Assembly (NCBI RefSeq): GCF_018977255.1
Contig: NW_024704762.1
Location: forward strand, 7,874,001-7,938,000
Direction: 5' to 3'
Origin: Callorhinchus milii
Lineage: Eukaryota
DNA length: 64,000 bases
Part shown: positions 12,696-26,323 of the stretch, one piece after another
Layout: every line of letters starts with the position of its first letter
Position numbering within the stretch: position 1 is the first letter of the stretch
The notes under the pieces: model-generated
What the model saw: only the letters and a program-made list of their open reading frames with translations
Databases searched by the model: none
Told to the model about the DNA's origin: nothing
Position numbers and translations under genes: made by a program

Positions 12696-14153
12696 GACCC
12701 CAAGCAGACTGTTCTGAACATTCCACCTGAACACGCAGACAGGACCTTGGTTTAATGTCTCATCTAAAGGATGGCACCTTTGCCAGTGGAGCATTGGACT
12801 GGAGTGCAGTTAAGCTCTTTGATGCTGTGAGCAAAGGGTACAACATGGTTGAATCCACGATGCACAAAATCTCCAGCGATTGAATCACTGGCAGTAAATT
12901 TCATGTCATTAAATGCATTGCCAGACTATTGCAAAACCTCCCCACAAATTCACAGCATCTACGGAGACGAGCAGCTACAGATCATTTATTTTTATATGTT
13001 TTTCAAAGCAGAAAGTCAAATATTTTTCTTCCTCATTGTTTCCATGACCACTTGTGAACAAGGGCTTGAGTATGTTGAAAATTCAGAATGCAATCAATTC
13101 ACATTATGACCCAGACGTGCACTGAGCTGTACTTGGATTAAGGTGGGCCTTGGGAACGTCTTCCTGACATGAAAGGCGCTATATAAATGCAAGTTGTTGT
13201 ATATTTGCTGCCTTGAAGAAGCTGACCCATGTTGGCTCCTGTCTGCCTTCAAAACTCTCTTAAAAACATCTCTGATTGTGCCTTTAATCGACACCCACAA
13301 ATTCCCCCCCTCTTTGCTGCTCAGTGACACCCAACAATATGAGACATTCATCCTATATGAAAGGTGATAGATACAGGCAAGTTCTCATACTGCTCCAAGC
13401 ACACACATTCATTTTGAAGTGAGGGAGCTATTATAATGAACTCTGGCTTGCTTTACATTAACAGGGGGAGTGGATCCCATAACATCCAGGGCAGACGAAG
13501 TGTAAATTAATGATTTGATCAACAAAGGAATGATGATCTGGAAATAAAGTTCACTGGTTCATAGCACTTTAGACACAAGAGGTTGCCTTTGTGCCACTTG
13601 CCGAACCAGTCAATGGGAGACGCATCGATTCAGTGTTGTTAAATCCCATGATTTCTACGGCTGCAGAATCGATCAAGATTTTCGATCGAGCAATAGGATT
13701 CTTGGGAAGTAAGGCTTTTAAGAGATACGAGGAGAAACCAGGGGAATGAGATTAAAAGATCTGCCGTGATCAAATAAATTGATGGAACTGACTCGAAGGA
13801 CTGCAGGTAAATAACCTATTGGGAAAATCTACTGAAAAAGGATTCTGCTTCACTGTAAACACAGGAATAAATAAGTGGGCAAATGGAAACTTTTGGTGTC
13901 CGGCTTATGAGTTATGTTTAGCCATTTCCATGTAGGAGAACAATCTCCTACATCTGCTACAATCACTTCACTGATCAATACCCATACTCAATTTCCCATT
14001 CAGGATGTCTTGTCAGAAATGCCTAAATGATAATGGTGTGTCCTTGGCTATATCACAATATAAGGTTGAAATCTGTTAGTTTCTTTTTTTACAGTGTAAT
14101 CCTTAGGTTTTTGCTTCAAGGTATCTTCCTGCTGTGAAGACCAGGTAAGAAGT

Positions 14154-17100
14154 CTAGGCTGAAAGCCTGCCTGTAGATTTAGTTCCCGGCTCTGCTGAAG
14201 CCTGGGGGCGATTGTCCCGCTCCCCCTCACTCACTCGGTTACTCTGAAGCAGTTTCAAGACATGGTTTTCAATGGCTTGTTGGACTGAAACACAGAACGA
14301 AAACGAATTTCACAGCAATTCGCACAAGCGAGAGCGAGTGTGTTTAAAAAAGAGAGAAATCAGGCAAATCATGACTTTGAAACAAGACTATTTTCTCATG
14401 TCAAAAATAATAATATTCCTTGCATTTGATACAGTGCCTTATCATGTCTTCTAGACATCTCAAAGCGCTTCACAGAATATACTGTAAAGTGAATTGACTA
14501 TATGTTGTGGGCGAAATGTGGCAGCCAATTCGTTGCTGTGCACATGAGGCTGCCACACACATTATACCTCACAGCAACTCGTGGTATCGATAGTCTTGAG
14601 TTGTTCCAATGTGATAAGGCGCTTGATCAAATGCTCGTATTTACTGCAATAAGAATTAATGTTTTGTGCATAAAAATATGTTTATAACGGTGCTGCCGTT
14701 GGAGGGAGATTCCTGACAATGAAGTTGATTGTTTTTTTTCAAAAATAAATAAGTATTGAAACTTCTCTGTTGCTGCCTCGAGCATCAAGACATCTGCCCT
14801 GTCAACTCAATTTAACACATCCCGATAAGGCATTGCTCCTAAATAACCTCTAACAAAGTCATTAGATTTTTTTTCCCCCCACACACAGCTTTGTTGGGAT
14901 TGTTGGAATGCGGAACATTTTAAGCATAATAATAATAATCCTTGCATTTGATATAGCGCTTTACACATCTTCTAGATGTCTCAAAGCGCTTCACAGAATA
15001 TACTGTAAAGTGAATTGACTGTCTGTTGGTGAAACGTGGCTGGCAATTGTGCACAGCAGTGTCCCACAAACAGTGACCAAAATATTATTGGTTTTTTTTT
15101 TTGAGGATTATCCCTGGAAAAGCGATCCACCAATCGACTAACAACCGGGTTTCTATTTACTGTTAGGTAAACAAAGGTGTGTAGAATAAGGAAACTTGCC
15201 CAACATTTTGCCCTGCCGGGAATAGAACCCAGGTCTCTCATTTCTGAGGCGAGTGCTCTAACCACTGAGCTATAGGACTCCAGCACAAGTACTTTTAGAA
15301 AGGGAACTGGGTAAATACTACCTTTGTCATAATGTAATCATAATCCTTGCATTTGATTTTGTGCTTTTCTTGTCTGGGGAGGAAGGGGATTGGGGAGTTG
15401 TTGCAATGTATACAAAAAAAACACATGAAACTTCAGTGCAAAGGCTTGCCTCTTTTGAAACCCAGAGCAACGGCTAAATCCATAGGGCTGTATCCAGAAT
15501 CCGCCTCCATCGTCAGGTCTGCACCTTTAGCTGCCAGAGAGAGGGGTGGGGAGAGAATCAGGCCTGAGCATGCAAGTAAAGCAAAAGGTACAATTATATT
15601 TTATGATGATATCTGTGTCCTGTAGGAACCCTCAGTCCATTAAGAATAAAGTCCCCAAGAGCTCAAGTCAATTCAGTGAGAGCAAACAAAACCTGAGGGA
15701 AACTGCGTGGGCTTTGGGTCAAACCATTGTCCTTTTACCTCAAGTATCTACCATTAAATCCAGTCCAGAAATGAAAGTGAGAGAATTCACTTTCTTTTAA
15801 TGAACAACATTTTTTATTCTCAGCCAAAGCGTGCTGTCAAGGGCTGCCCACTGAATCAAACCTAACTGGGTTTGCCTTAATACAAAAAAGTCATGATAAC
15901 TATTCTATTATCTAAAAAAAATCTGAATTTCTTTAAGACTTATTAGACATTGTAATGGTATCATTACGTTTTGGTCACCCTGTATTCACCCTGACACCAG
16001 ACTTACCCAGCAGAGTCTCCACACACTTCACGTGGTTTCCCCGAGCAGCGTAGAGTAACGGCGTTCCTCCATTCTGGAAAAATACAGGAAAATATATCAC
16101 TTGCACATTCAGTTTAAGAGCTTCCATTAAAAATACTGTCCAACCACCGATACCAATTGGAAAGAGAAGGTAGTTTGTCCTGCTATCCTGGCTGCAATCC
16201 TTCAGGTAAATTGGTTATCTACTTCATATCTGTTGGCTGAAACTTGCTGTGGGCAAAGTGCCTGCCACATTTGCTGACAAATATACAGTTACTACACTTA
16301 ACCGTAAATACTTGTGAAGGAAGCGCTTTGACTGTACTGTGCGAGGATATGAACTGTATCTGAGGATTGTAAAGTATACAAACAGGCAGTACGAGGTAAG
16401 CAGGAGTTTTCCTTTGACCGTACCCAGTCGTAGATGTTTACGTCGACTCCGTGATCGAGGAGCAGAACAATGATGTCCGTGTAGCCCCTGACGCTGGCCA
16501 GTGCCAGAGCGCTCTCCCTTTCTTTCCCCAGGATGTGTGGATCTGCCCCCTGCAACAACATGAGAGCGGCCAGCGTGAGGCTTCAGGCCCTGGAACAGTT
16601 CCATTTACACAACACGTGGTTTATATTGTGTGGGACACAATTATACATCCAAGATTCCCTCCGTGCATTGTCCCCTACTAACCCCCCGTCACCGATCGCC
16701 CACGCTGACCCACCTCCCAGTGATCATGCTTATGGTCACCTCCCCCTTTCCTCTTCTCCTGGCTCGGGGTCAGACTCCGCTCCTGTTAAGTGCTCTGGGA
16801 CACTACCCTGCGAAGTGGGCTATATAAATGCAAGTAGTAGTTGTCGTGTTAGCCAGCAGCGGCTCTGACCTTGCATTCTGCCTGTGGCACTGGCTACCCA
16901 TGAAAGGGGAATGCCACGGTGTCCTTTAGTTTTAAAATTAAATTGATATAAATTCATTCATAGTAAAATTTGCAGGATATAAACTCTCCCAGTTGCTAAG
17001 TTATCTACATTATCTTTGCTTCGTTTTTTTTTTAAGCAGCTAAAATAATCTGAAGCTTCCTCCCCCCCATGGATATTTGACAGGACCTACCAGTCAGTGC

Positions 17101-18573
17101 AAGGCCTTACCCCACCACCCCTGCCTCCTTCTTAACTGTGACCCAGAGAAAGGTCTTGGCTTATGTTTGCTCAGCCTCACCTTTTCCAGTGCATACTTCA
17201 CCACCGCGATCTCTCCAAATGCCGCTGCCCACATCAGGGGTGTGAAGCCCCATTCGTCCTGCAGATCGATCAAGAAATCCCCTGAAAATGGAAGAACATG
17301 TCACACCACGGTGAAGATACAGAAAGATCATCAGCAACTCCACCCCCCCATCATTCCCAACACTCGTACGCTCCCAACCCTCTCCTCGGAGCACTTGTTA
17401 CCCTCCTGCCTTGAGACGAGGGGGGGGGAAGAGAGGGGCAAGCTGGGAAGTGCCAGTGACCTCTCTCTCAGAACTAGCAATTAAGACTGCTCTCTGCTCC
17501 TCACCTTGCTGAAGGTACTTCATCAATTGATTTAGGTCCCCCTGAGCAGCCAGCTGGTGAATGGAGAGAGCTGTAAACAAAAGCAACAGAAAAGCCTTGG
17601 TCAGAAGAGGGAAATAACGCACATTCCCAATATTCTTGATATTCGCAAACTGGATTCATTACGTTAATTGCATGAAATTTAAAGCTTGCAAAATTGAACT
17701 TGTTCCTTCCCACGACTTCCAGACTGTGCAGCCGTCCTACTCACTGTCTAGGTTTGCGGGGAGAGCTGAGATCTCGTTCCCCCTCTGTCTGTTCGTCAGA
17801 GTGGTTGAGTACTTGTGCTGGGCGCTGGACTTTGTGGGGAAGGAGAATGGGAAGTTGTAGACGGAATCTGAAAGAGACAAAGCGAGGGCACTGAAATCAG
17901 CGGCTGGTCGTGTTAGCAAACAATCTTTCTTTGCGTCTTCGATCCAGTGATGGTCTGTAGAGTGTCCGTAACAACCTGTCAATGGAAACTCAACAGTGTA
18001 GCTTATCCAATGTAAATGGGTCCACCTTTCACCTTCAACCACACTCCACGTTGGGGGTTCCTTAAATAGTAGAAACTAAATAGCATCAAGTTGCAGTTAA
18101 TATACTGCTAGTTACTTTCAAATGGCCTCCTCGTATGGTTGTGCTCTACTTGTCTGAATTTGAAGGCAGCTTTAAATGTTAATAACAATACTTGCATTCA
18201 GTACAGCACCTTATCACGTCGGAAGGACGTCTCAAAGCGCGTCACAGTTAATACTTTTAGTGATTTTACAGAACTTACCTTTGGATGATACAGCAACAGC
18301 TTCCGAGTTAGAGGTTGTTTGGTCCTGATCTTGGTCCTTGACGATGGGACAGCTTTCAGTATTAACTGTGATTATCTGCTGCATATCATCGTTGATCTCA
18401 AGCGTTGCATATTTTATCTTTATGATGTTGGGCAACCTTGCAGCCTCTCGAGTGCCTTGGTCTCCATTATTCACAGGCGGCCGTTCGTCACGTTGATCTG
18501 TCCCAGAAGCGCTCTCTGTCATACATGCGGTTCCCCCCACAAGTCTCTTCCCATCCTGCTCGTTTTTGTTCAT
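14154..18573 (-). CDS. RFXANK: DNA-binding protein RFXANK (ankyrin-repeat subunit of the RFX complex, MHC class II regulator), 8 coding exons, ~329 aa
   Basis: Exons 18573-18279, 17867-17745, 17570-17505, 17281-17181, 16549-16424, 16073-16007, 15530-15450 and 14284-14154 are phase-consistent (990 nt). They encode [109 protein letters not shown] and [12 protein letters not shown]. The gene lies tail-to-tail with NR2C2AP, as in human. The N-terminal exon and start codon are less certain. Confidence 0.92.
14925..15281 (-). mobile_element. Full-length Deu tRNA-SINE in the last RFXANK intron
   Basis: GGAGTCCTATAGCTCAGTGGTTAGAGCAC head, B box, Deu core and (ATT)n tail. Confidence 0.85.
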
Positions 18574-19842
18574 TTTTCCCAGGACTCTGCTGAAACACTA
18601 TCAGGGCAGTTTATATGTACGGTATCTATGTATTTGTTTCCGGTGATTTTTTTTTCACTTTACCAAGGCAAAGGATGTTGCTGAGGCTGGTGTTTTTCTA
18701 CAATTACTTCCAAGCAGTCCTAGGTCATGTATACAACAACAACAACTTGCCCTTCATGCGGGGCAGTGCTTTGGGTTAGATCCTGACTGAGCTCTCCATC
18801 TCTCTCCCTCTCTCAACTTTACATCTTAATCCTCTGCCCAACCTCTGACACGTGCTGTAAAAAGCGTTTGCTATACTGTACATGGTTATCAGGGAATGAT
18901 TTGACAATTTTGTGTCGTCTCCTACCCGAGAGCTGTTGTGGTTCCAGCCTAGACAGTGAGCGTTGCCCAGAAATTTAACTGATTCTGATCTTATCCTCAC
19001 TCACATGATAGCCAGAGAAGCAGGATCTCAGAATAACAAAACCAGAATGTTTTCGCCCTTTCCTAATCCAGTGGCATCAAGGACAACTGTAGCCCTGGCC
19101 ACTGTCCTGCCTTTGCTGAGATCTGCTAACTCAGGAAAGACTTTCTCTGTATGACTAAGCTAATAATAATCCTTGAACTTTACCCAGTGCCTTATCACTT
19201 CAATTGAGACGTCTCAAAGCACGTCACAGAATATACTGTATAGTTTGTGGGCAAAACAAAACGCTACCTGCTTACTGCCAGCTTTTGAAACTGAAGTGGA
19301 TCTCTGAGCAGCGGATCAGATTTTTTTATGGAAACATTCCATAAATATGGAAACAAATCAATTAATCCCAGAAGTGAAAATACCCAAATCTCCAATGGCT
19401 ATATATTAACCATAACTCTATATTAGCATAACATCGTTGTAGCTATAATGTACGTTTTCGAACAATTGTTTTTAGTTTCACATTTGTGCAAATTGGAAAC
19501 AGGAAGAGATTCCCCCAATCACAACTGACATCTCAGACCATCACTGTAGAATCCTATCAATTGTCTTGATCCTATTCCACACCCCAAACACCAGACTTTT
19601 ACTTCCTACAGGAACAACAACAAAATTACATTTATAGAGCACCTTTCACGTCGGGAGACCGTCCCAAGGTGCTGGTGTTTGGACCCTTACAACAGTATTA
19701 TTATTATTTACCCCCCCACCCAAAAAAAAAGCACAAAGCATGCACAATACCTTGTAATACTGTGGATTTTATGCAAATCGAATCCGGAAGGGTATGGCAT
19801 AAATGCAACACCCACCAAAAAAAAGACTCTTTACATGTTCAG

Positions 19843-20040
19843 GTACACACACACACACAATTACACACCTACACACACACAATTACACACTTACACAATT
19901 ACACACACACAATTACACACCTTGACACACACACACACAATTACACACCTACACACACAATTACACACAGACACAATTACACACACACACACACGATTAC
20001 ACACCTTGACACACACACACAATTACACACACACACAATG
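19843..20040. repeat. Compound (AC)n / ACAATTACAC tandem repeat
   Basis: Recurrent ACACACACAATTACACAC units, read directly from the sequence. Confidence 0.9.
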
Positions 20041-20189
20041 ACACCCCCACAGGGAGAGACACCGCTTCTGCCCTCTGGCAAAAGTGAAAGTAATTTGCCA
20101 ACAACAATATCCCACAATGCAATTGAGTAGATGTTTAAATGTGTGCATTTTATTGCGGGGAAAAATCTTCCATCGCAGGGGTTTGTCTG

Positions 20190-21270
20190 TACCTTCCGCC
20201 TGTCCACTGGAGAGAGGGGGAAGCCATTGCTCCGCTCCCTCTGCAAACACTTAATAAAGAGCACTAAAAGGGGCAGAACCTCTCCCCCCCCCCCTCCTCC
20301 GCGCCTGGTTTGCGCGGCCCACCTAACTCGGGTGCTTCCGGTAGCGATTGGCAGCCCCAGGGGCCAATCGGGGCGGCGCATTCCACTCCACGGCCCAATC
20401 AGCTCTGAGCGGAGGCGGGACTAACTGCAATCAAGTTAGGTGGAGCTGTTGCATCTACATCCGGTGAATTAACATCCGCCCCCCCACCGACCGACCGACC
20501 CCGCCGCCTCCCGCCTCCCTCTCCCGCTACCATCGATTGTCGTAGCCTTTTTTAAAACGTGTTTCAGCGGCCTGTGAGTTGAGGGGAAAGGGGGCGCGGG
20601 GTTTAGTCGCGATTAACCGCCTCGCCAGCCTGAGCCTGGCGCATGCGCGCTCGCCTGCAAATCAGGCGCAACCAACCGGGAGAGGGGGAGGGAGATGGAG
20701 CGGAAGGTCAGAAACCCGTCACCAACTCTGATTCGATTTATCCCTTTTCGATTCCAACCCTCTCAATAAGAGACGACAACGCACTGTTGTTTGTGGGCGC
20801 ACTTCTGCGGGTTGCGTCGAAACGCTCTTCATTGTAACAGATGCAGCATTTTCCGTCCCCTCGATTGCCAATGGTTGAGCTCGGGGCGGGGGGGAGGGGT
20901 GTTTATCAGGGAGTGGGGAGGCGGGTTCACAGGTTCTGAATGACTGACAACCGGGGCAGCCAATAGGAAGGGAGCAGAGTGGGCGTGGCCTGATTGCTGG
21001 ATTGTGATTGGCCTGAATGCGAGAAGGGGCGTTCCCGTTGGCGGAAAGCTCTGGGCGTTGCAATTGGAGGAGCGGTGGCGGGAGGGGCGGGGTTTGTTTG
21101 AACGAAACGCGGGTACAGCTGTGGCGACGACGCAGCCGCTGTGCAGAGGGTCGACTTTGGTGGTGGGGTCAGTGTCTGCGGTTGTGTCGGGGTCGGGGTC
21201 GGGGGGTAATGGAAGCCGAGAGACTGGCCCGCAACCTTCACCACGCCGTGGAGGAGGAAGAAGCCGAGTA
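20190..21270. promoter_or_regulatory. Bidirectional CpG-island promoter region, RFXANK (-) / ANKLE1 (+)
   Basis: CpG-rich, with several CCAAT/ATTGG boxes (~20346, 20363, 20394, 20868, 20960, 21007, 21062), ETS CTTCCGG (~20335), NRF1-like GCGCATGCGC (~20639) and GC boxes. A minus-strand donor at ~20192 suggests a non-coding RFXANK exon 1. Confidence 0.75.
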
Positions 21271-24200
21271 AGTGATCCTCCGGAGCTTTTGATCATAGGG
21301 GTGTACAGCACCGAAAGAGGCCATTCGGCCCATGGTGTCTGTGCCGCTCTTTGAAAAAGAGCTTCCAATTCAACCCCACTCCCCCCGCGCTCTCCCCATA
21401 GCCCCGATCAACCCCACTCCCCCCGCGCTCTCCCCATAGCCCCGATCAACCCCACTCCCCCCGCGCTCTCCCCACAGCCCCGATCAACCCCACTCCCCCC
21501 GCGCTCTCCCCATAGCCCCGATCAACCCCACTCCCCCGCGCTCTCCCCATAGCCCCGATCAACCCCACTCCCCCCGCGCTCTCCCCATAGCCCCGATCAA
21601 CCCCACTCTCTCCCCACAGCCCTGATCAACCCCACTCCCCCACTCTCTCCCCATAGCCCCGATCAACCCCATTCTCTCCCCACAGCCCTGATCAACCCCA
21701 CTCCCCCGTTCTCTCCCCATAGCCCTGCAAACTCGTCCTCCCCAAATAATTATCTACTTCTCTCTTGAAAGTTGTTATCGAATCGGCTTCCACCAGCCTT
21801 TCAGGCAACGCATTCCAGATCCCAACAACTCGCTGTGTGAAAACATTTCTCCTCACCTTCCCTCTGTTTTCTTTTAACAACTATTTTAAATCGTTGCCCT
21901 CGGGTTAGCGACCCACCCGCCAGTGGAAATAGTTTCTTCTTGTTCACCCTATTGAATCCCTCATAATTTTGAAAGCTTCTATTAAGTCTCCTCTTAATCT
22001 TCTCTGCTTCAACGACAATAATCCTAGCTTCGCTCGCTTCTCCTGATAAATGAAGTCCCTCATTCCTGGTAAATCTCCTTTGCACCCTCTCCAATGCTTT
22101 GACATCCTTCCTTAAATGTGGTGCCCAGAACTGAGCAGTCTCCAGCTGAGCCCTAACCAGTGTTTTATATAAAGGTTCATCATAACTTCCTGACTTTTGT
22201 ATTCTATGCCCCTGTTTATAAAGCCTAGTATCCTGTATGCTTTTTTAACAGCTTTATCTACCTTTTTCAGCGCCTTGGAAGGTCCTCCTGACGTGAAAGT
22301 AATCTTGTTGTTGTTGTTGTCCTGCCACCTTCAAAGATTTACTTATATGAGCCCCCAGGTCTCTCTGTTCCTTCACCCCCTTTAAGATTCTAACATCAGT
22401 TTATATTGGAGGACGTCCCAAGGCGCAGGACAATCAGTGTTTTGGACCTGAGCTGGGGTTTGCCATCGGGGCGGGCGGGGGGGAAAGGAGAGTGACCAAA
22501 GGCACGGTTGAAGAGGAGGGTCTTGAGACTGGTCTTGGAGGGGGCGAGACAGTGGGACTGCAGGATGGAGTTCCAGAGGGTGGAAGCAGAGTGGCTGAAG
22601 GTCCGCCTGCCAATGGTGGGGTGGGTGAGGGGGGGACATGAAGCAGGCTGGAGCCCGCTGAGCAGAGATAGCGGGCAGGTTGGTAGCGCTATCATATTGA
22701 AAGCTATATCTGCTGTCCGTGTAGTAATTGATTTTGTAGGCAAATACAACAGCTAATGCTGTGGATGACTTAATTTGGTGGTGGGGGTGGCGGGGGAATT
22801 GATGGCTAGGACACTGGGAGAAACTGATAGGCTACCATTCTGTTTCTGAATGATGCTGTGTAATATTTCATCTCCACTTTAAGGAGCGGATGAGACCTCA
22901 ATTCAACATCTTGATCTGAAGGACGACACAATATTGAATACAAGGAATATTATTATTTACCTCGGTGACCTGCACCAAAGCAGTGTTCCCCCAGTTCTGC
23001 ATTGGAGTGTCAGACGAGCCTATTTATTTAAGCCTAACTGTTAATCAATACAGGGTTTATCCAGAGAGGAAACGTTCTGTTTGAGTCAAGTTCTCCAAAG
23101 CATCTTTTTTATTTTGTGAATTTGAAGAGATTGCTAGAAAAAGATTGTGTGAATGCAATTGCGATTTCTTTTTTGTGTGAATCTCACTGGCTCAGCCAGT
23201 AAATGGATCGCTCATGACATTGAGATATATGGAACAGGTCAATAAAAAATCTGTGCTGGTTTTCAACTTGGAATGACAGTATAGTAATAATAATAATAAT
23301 AATCCTTGCATTTGATATAGCGCTTTTCACGTCTTCGAGATGTCTCAAAGCGCTTCACAGAATATACCGTAAAGTGAATTGACTGTATATTTGTGGGCGA
23401 AACTCGGCAGCCAATTGCGCTCAGCAGTGTTCCCACAAACAGTCATGGATTGAAAATGACCAATTTTATTATTGTTTTGGTTTGGAGGAATTATTATTAG
23501 GTGTGTAGAGTAAGGAAACTTGCCCGAGATTTTGCCCTGCCTGGAATTGAACCCAGGTGGCTCGCTTGCAAGTCAAGTGCTCTAACCACTGAGCTACAGG
23601 ACTCCGAATACAATTTATCTCTGTATAGTGGGTCAATTTGGCTTTCACACAATTCCCCCCACCCCCACGGCATTCGTCCACGACGCTAACACATGACTGA
23701 CCGCTCAAACAGAACCGTTGGGTGTTTGGTGCCTGTGGAATTCAACCCAACCTTCAGGCAAAGAGCGAAGACTGTTTTCTTAAAATAAAGAGAAAACCAT
23801 GCGATTTATACAAGATTCATATTTTTGCCTTGGAGTGTTTGCAAAATAGAGTGCTCCTTGTTTGGTGTTATTTTTGGTGGGTTGGGGGTGGGGGCAGGAA
23901 TGCCATTTGTCTAAGTCGTGTATAGAATTAATTTTGAGTGATTTGTTGTGGAAGAATTTAGAATTACGTATTTGCCACGAAAAAAGCCCACCCTGAAATC
24001 ATCATGCTGTAGCTTTGGAATGCAAGTGCTTCTTTGGTTTTGTTGAAATGTTTTCTACAATCTTGATACATTTTCTTTTGAACCCAAGAAACTTGAGCTG
24101 AAGGGTCTGTCTGTAGTGCAGGTTCACCGAAGTTAATAATAATATTCCTTGTATTCAATATTGGGCCTTATCACATGAAAGTGCCTCACAGAATATACTG

Positions 24201-26292
24201 TAAAGTGAATTGACTGAATATTTTGTTGGCAAAATATCAGGTTGGTTGGAAGGGGTTAATGGTCTCCCTTCTGCACGAACCAATGTTACATCCTCTGTGT
24301 TTGTCCGACTGATAAACTTTAGTCACTCATTTCATGGCTAATTGTGGGTCATTACTGTGTGCAAATTGGCTGCCACGCTTGCCTGCATTTATACATTTCA
24401 CAGTAAAATCCTGTCAAGTGCTTTGAGATGCCTCAGCGATATGATAAGGCACTGCATCAAATGTAAAGATTATTATGATTTAAGTAGGACTATTTGGGCT
24501 TTGGCACACTTGTCAACACCTCCCAGGTCTCCCGGATGAGCTCAGGTGCAAGAAAGGGTTAAATTCCTAATGTTTTTCCACCTCTCGCCCTTTCCCCAGA
24601 TCTGTGGAGCGATGGTTACGGAAGAATGCAGACCCCAATCTGGTGTTACCAGAGGGTCTCGCAGCTGTGCATTTGGCATCCGTGAAGGACACAGAAGGTG
24701 GGCTCAAATGCTTGAAACTGATCCTTCAACACCAAGGAGATCCTAACCTCGGGTGAGCAACAGCTCCTTGTCCCCAGAGTTGCCTTCGTTTGGTTTATGC
24801 AGACAAATTGTAGGGACGCGCTACATATATATGTGTGTGTGTGTCTCCCGTGTCTGTGTTTATAACACAAACGTCTCGTTGGTTTGCATAGAACGGTGGA
24901 GGATCTCACCCCACTCCACATAGCTGCCTCCTGGGGCTGTCTTAAGAGTTTAAAGTTGTTGCTCAGATATGGAGGGGATCCGAGCCTCCAAGACCAGGTA
25001 GGGGTTCCTGCGCAGGCGCTGGGTAGCTTCGAGGTTGAACGTAACGCCGACGACAACTTGTATCAGACATGCACCTTTCACGCCAAAATAGAAGTCCCAA
25101 AGCACGTACATACTGTGAAGTGAATTTTTATATTGGCAAAGGCAGCAACAACCCATTAAAGGACGTTGCCCACAATTCGCCCACAAAATTTACAGTCAAT
25201 TCACTTTACAGTATATTCTGTGAAGCGCTTTGAGACGTCTCGATTCATAATAAGGCGCTGTATCAAATGCAAGGATGATTATTATTATTCTTGAAGCACC
25301 TTGAGCCGTTTCGACCGTTTGATGAGGCGCTGTATCGAATGCAAGGGTTATTATTAATAATGAGATGAGCGGCCAGCTGACTTGAAATTGGGGGGGAATT
25401 GGGTTATTTCTGAGTGTTGGACTGATGCCTTTTTGTGCTTCACGTTGCACCTAGGATGGAATGAAACCGGAAGATTTGGCTGAAGAACAAAAAAACATGA
25501 AATGTGTTCGGATTCTCAAGGAATATCGACAGCTCAGCCTGAACCAGGAGCCTCTGGATGTCTCCCCAAAGCACCAATATGGTCAGTCGGAGCTTTTTTC
25601 CTTTACAAAGGCACAGATCCATTGGCTTCTGTGTCAGCCTTGACAGTTCATTCAACCGCAGGAGACTTTAGCCCCAATCATGTCTTTACCCGGCGACAAC
25701 AACGACAACTTGCATTCATATCGTGCCCCTCACGCGGGGAAGCATCCCAGTGTGGGCGTGGACCTGCCCCTTACTGGAAGGTGGGGTTCGGTCTGGGTGA
25801 CGGTCAAGAAGGAAGCGAGATCTCTGGTTTTCGCTCGGGTTACTGCGACCCACCGGGGCCCCGATTACCGCCCCGACCGGGATTCAACTGAACCCAGTCG
25901 TTTCGGGGGCAGCGAGCGTAAGCGATCGGGATCCTCCTCAAATTCTGGGGACATTCAGCCAAACCGGATCCCAGCCTCGAAAGCGCTCGACTCTTTAGCC
26001 TTTGGCGATGAATTACTGCTCCACAAAAGAATAATTTCAATCCGCGAAAGAAAAAAAAAAAAAAATCTTTTGTGGGTTTGAATAGCTTTTCGAGGCACTC
26101 GACTCAACTCTTTCGGGTGCGGCAGCGAGTGAGTGGCAATGCCTGAGGTCGGCCACTGGGGGGCGCCACGGGATCTGTATTGAATCACAGTGCTGAGCTG
26201 CAGTGCCCTCTCCCCCCTCGTACAGCGCCACCCAGTGGCTGCTCTGGGCAACTGCAACCCCCTCCGCTGGTTATGATCCCCCCCTCACGTTT

Positions 26293-26323
<31 letters not shown>

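Noticed and set aside
14154-18573. ANKRA2 as the identity of the ankyrin gene
   Set aside because: The motifs [16 protein letters not shown] and [11 protein letters not shown], and adjacency to NR2C2AP, favour RFXANK.
21370-21728. CRISPR-like array of ~38-bp repeats
   Set aside because: The units abut with no unique spacers, derive from a CR1 3' end, and lie in a vertebrate intron with no cas genes.
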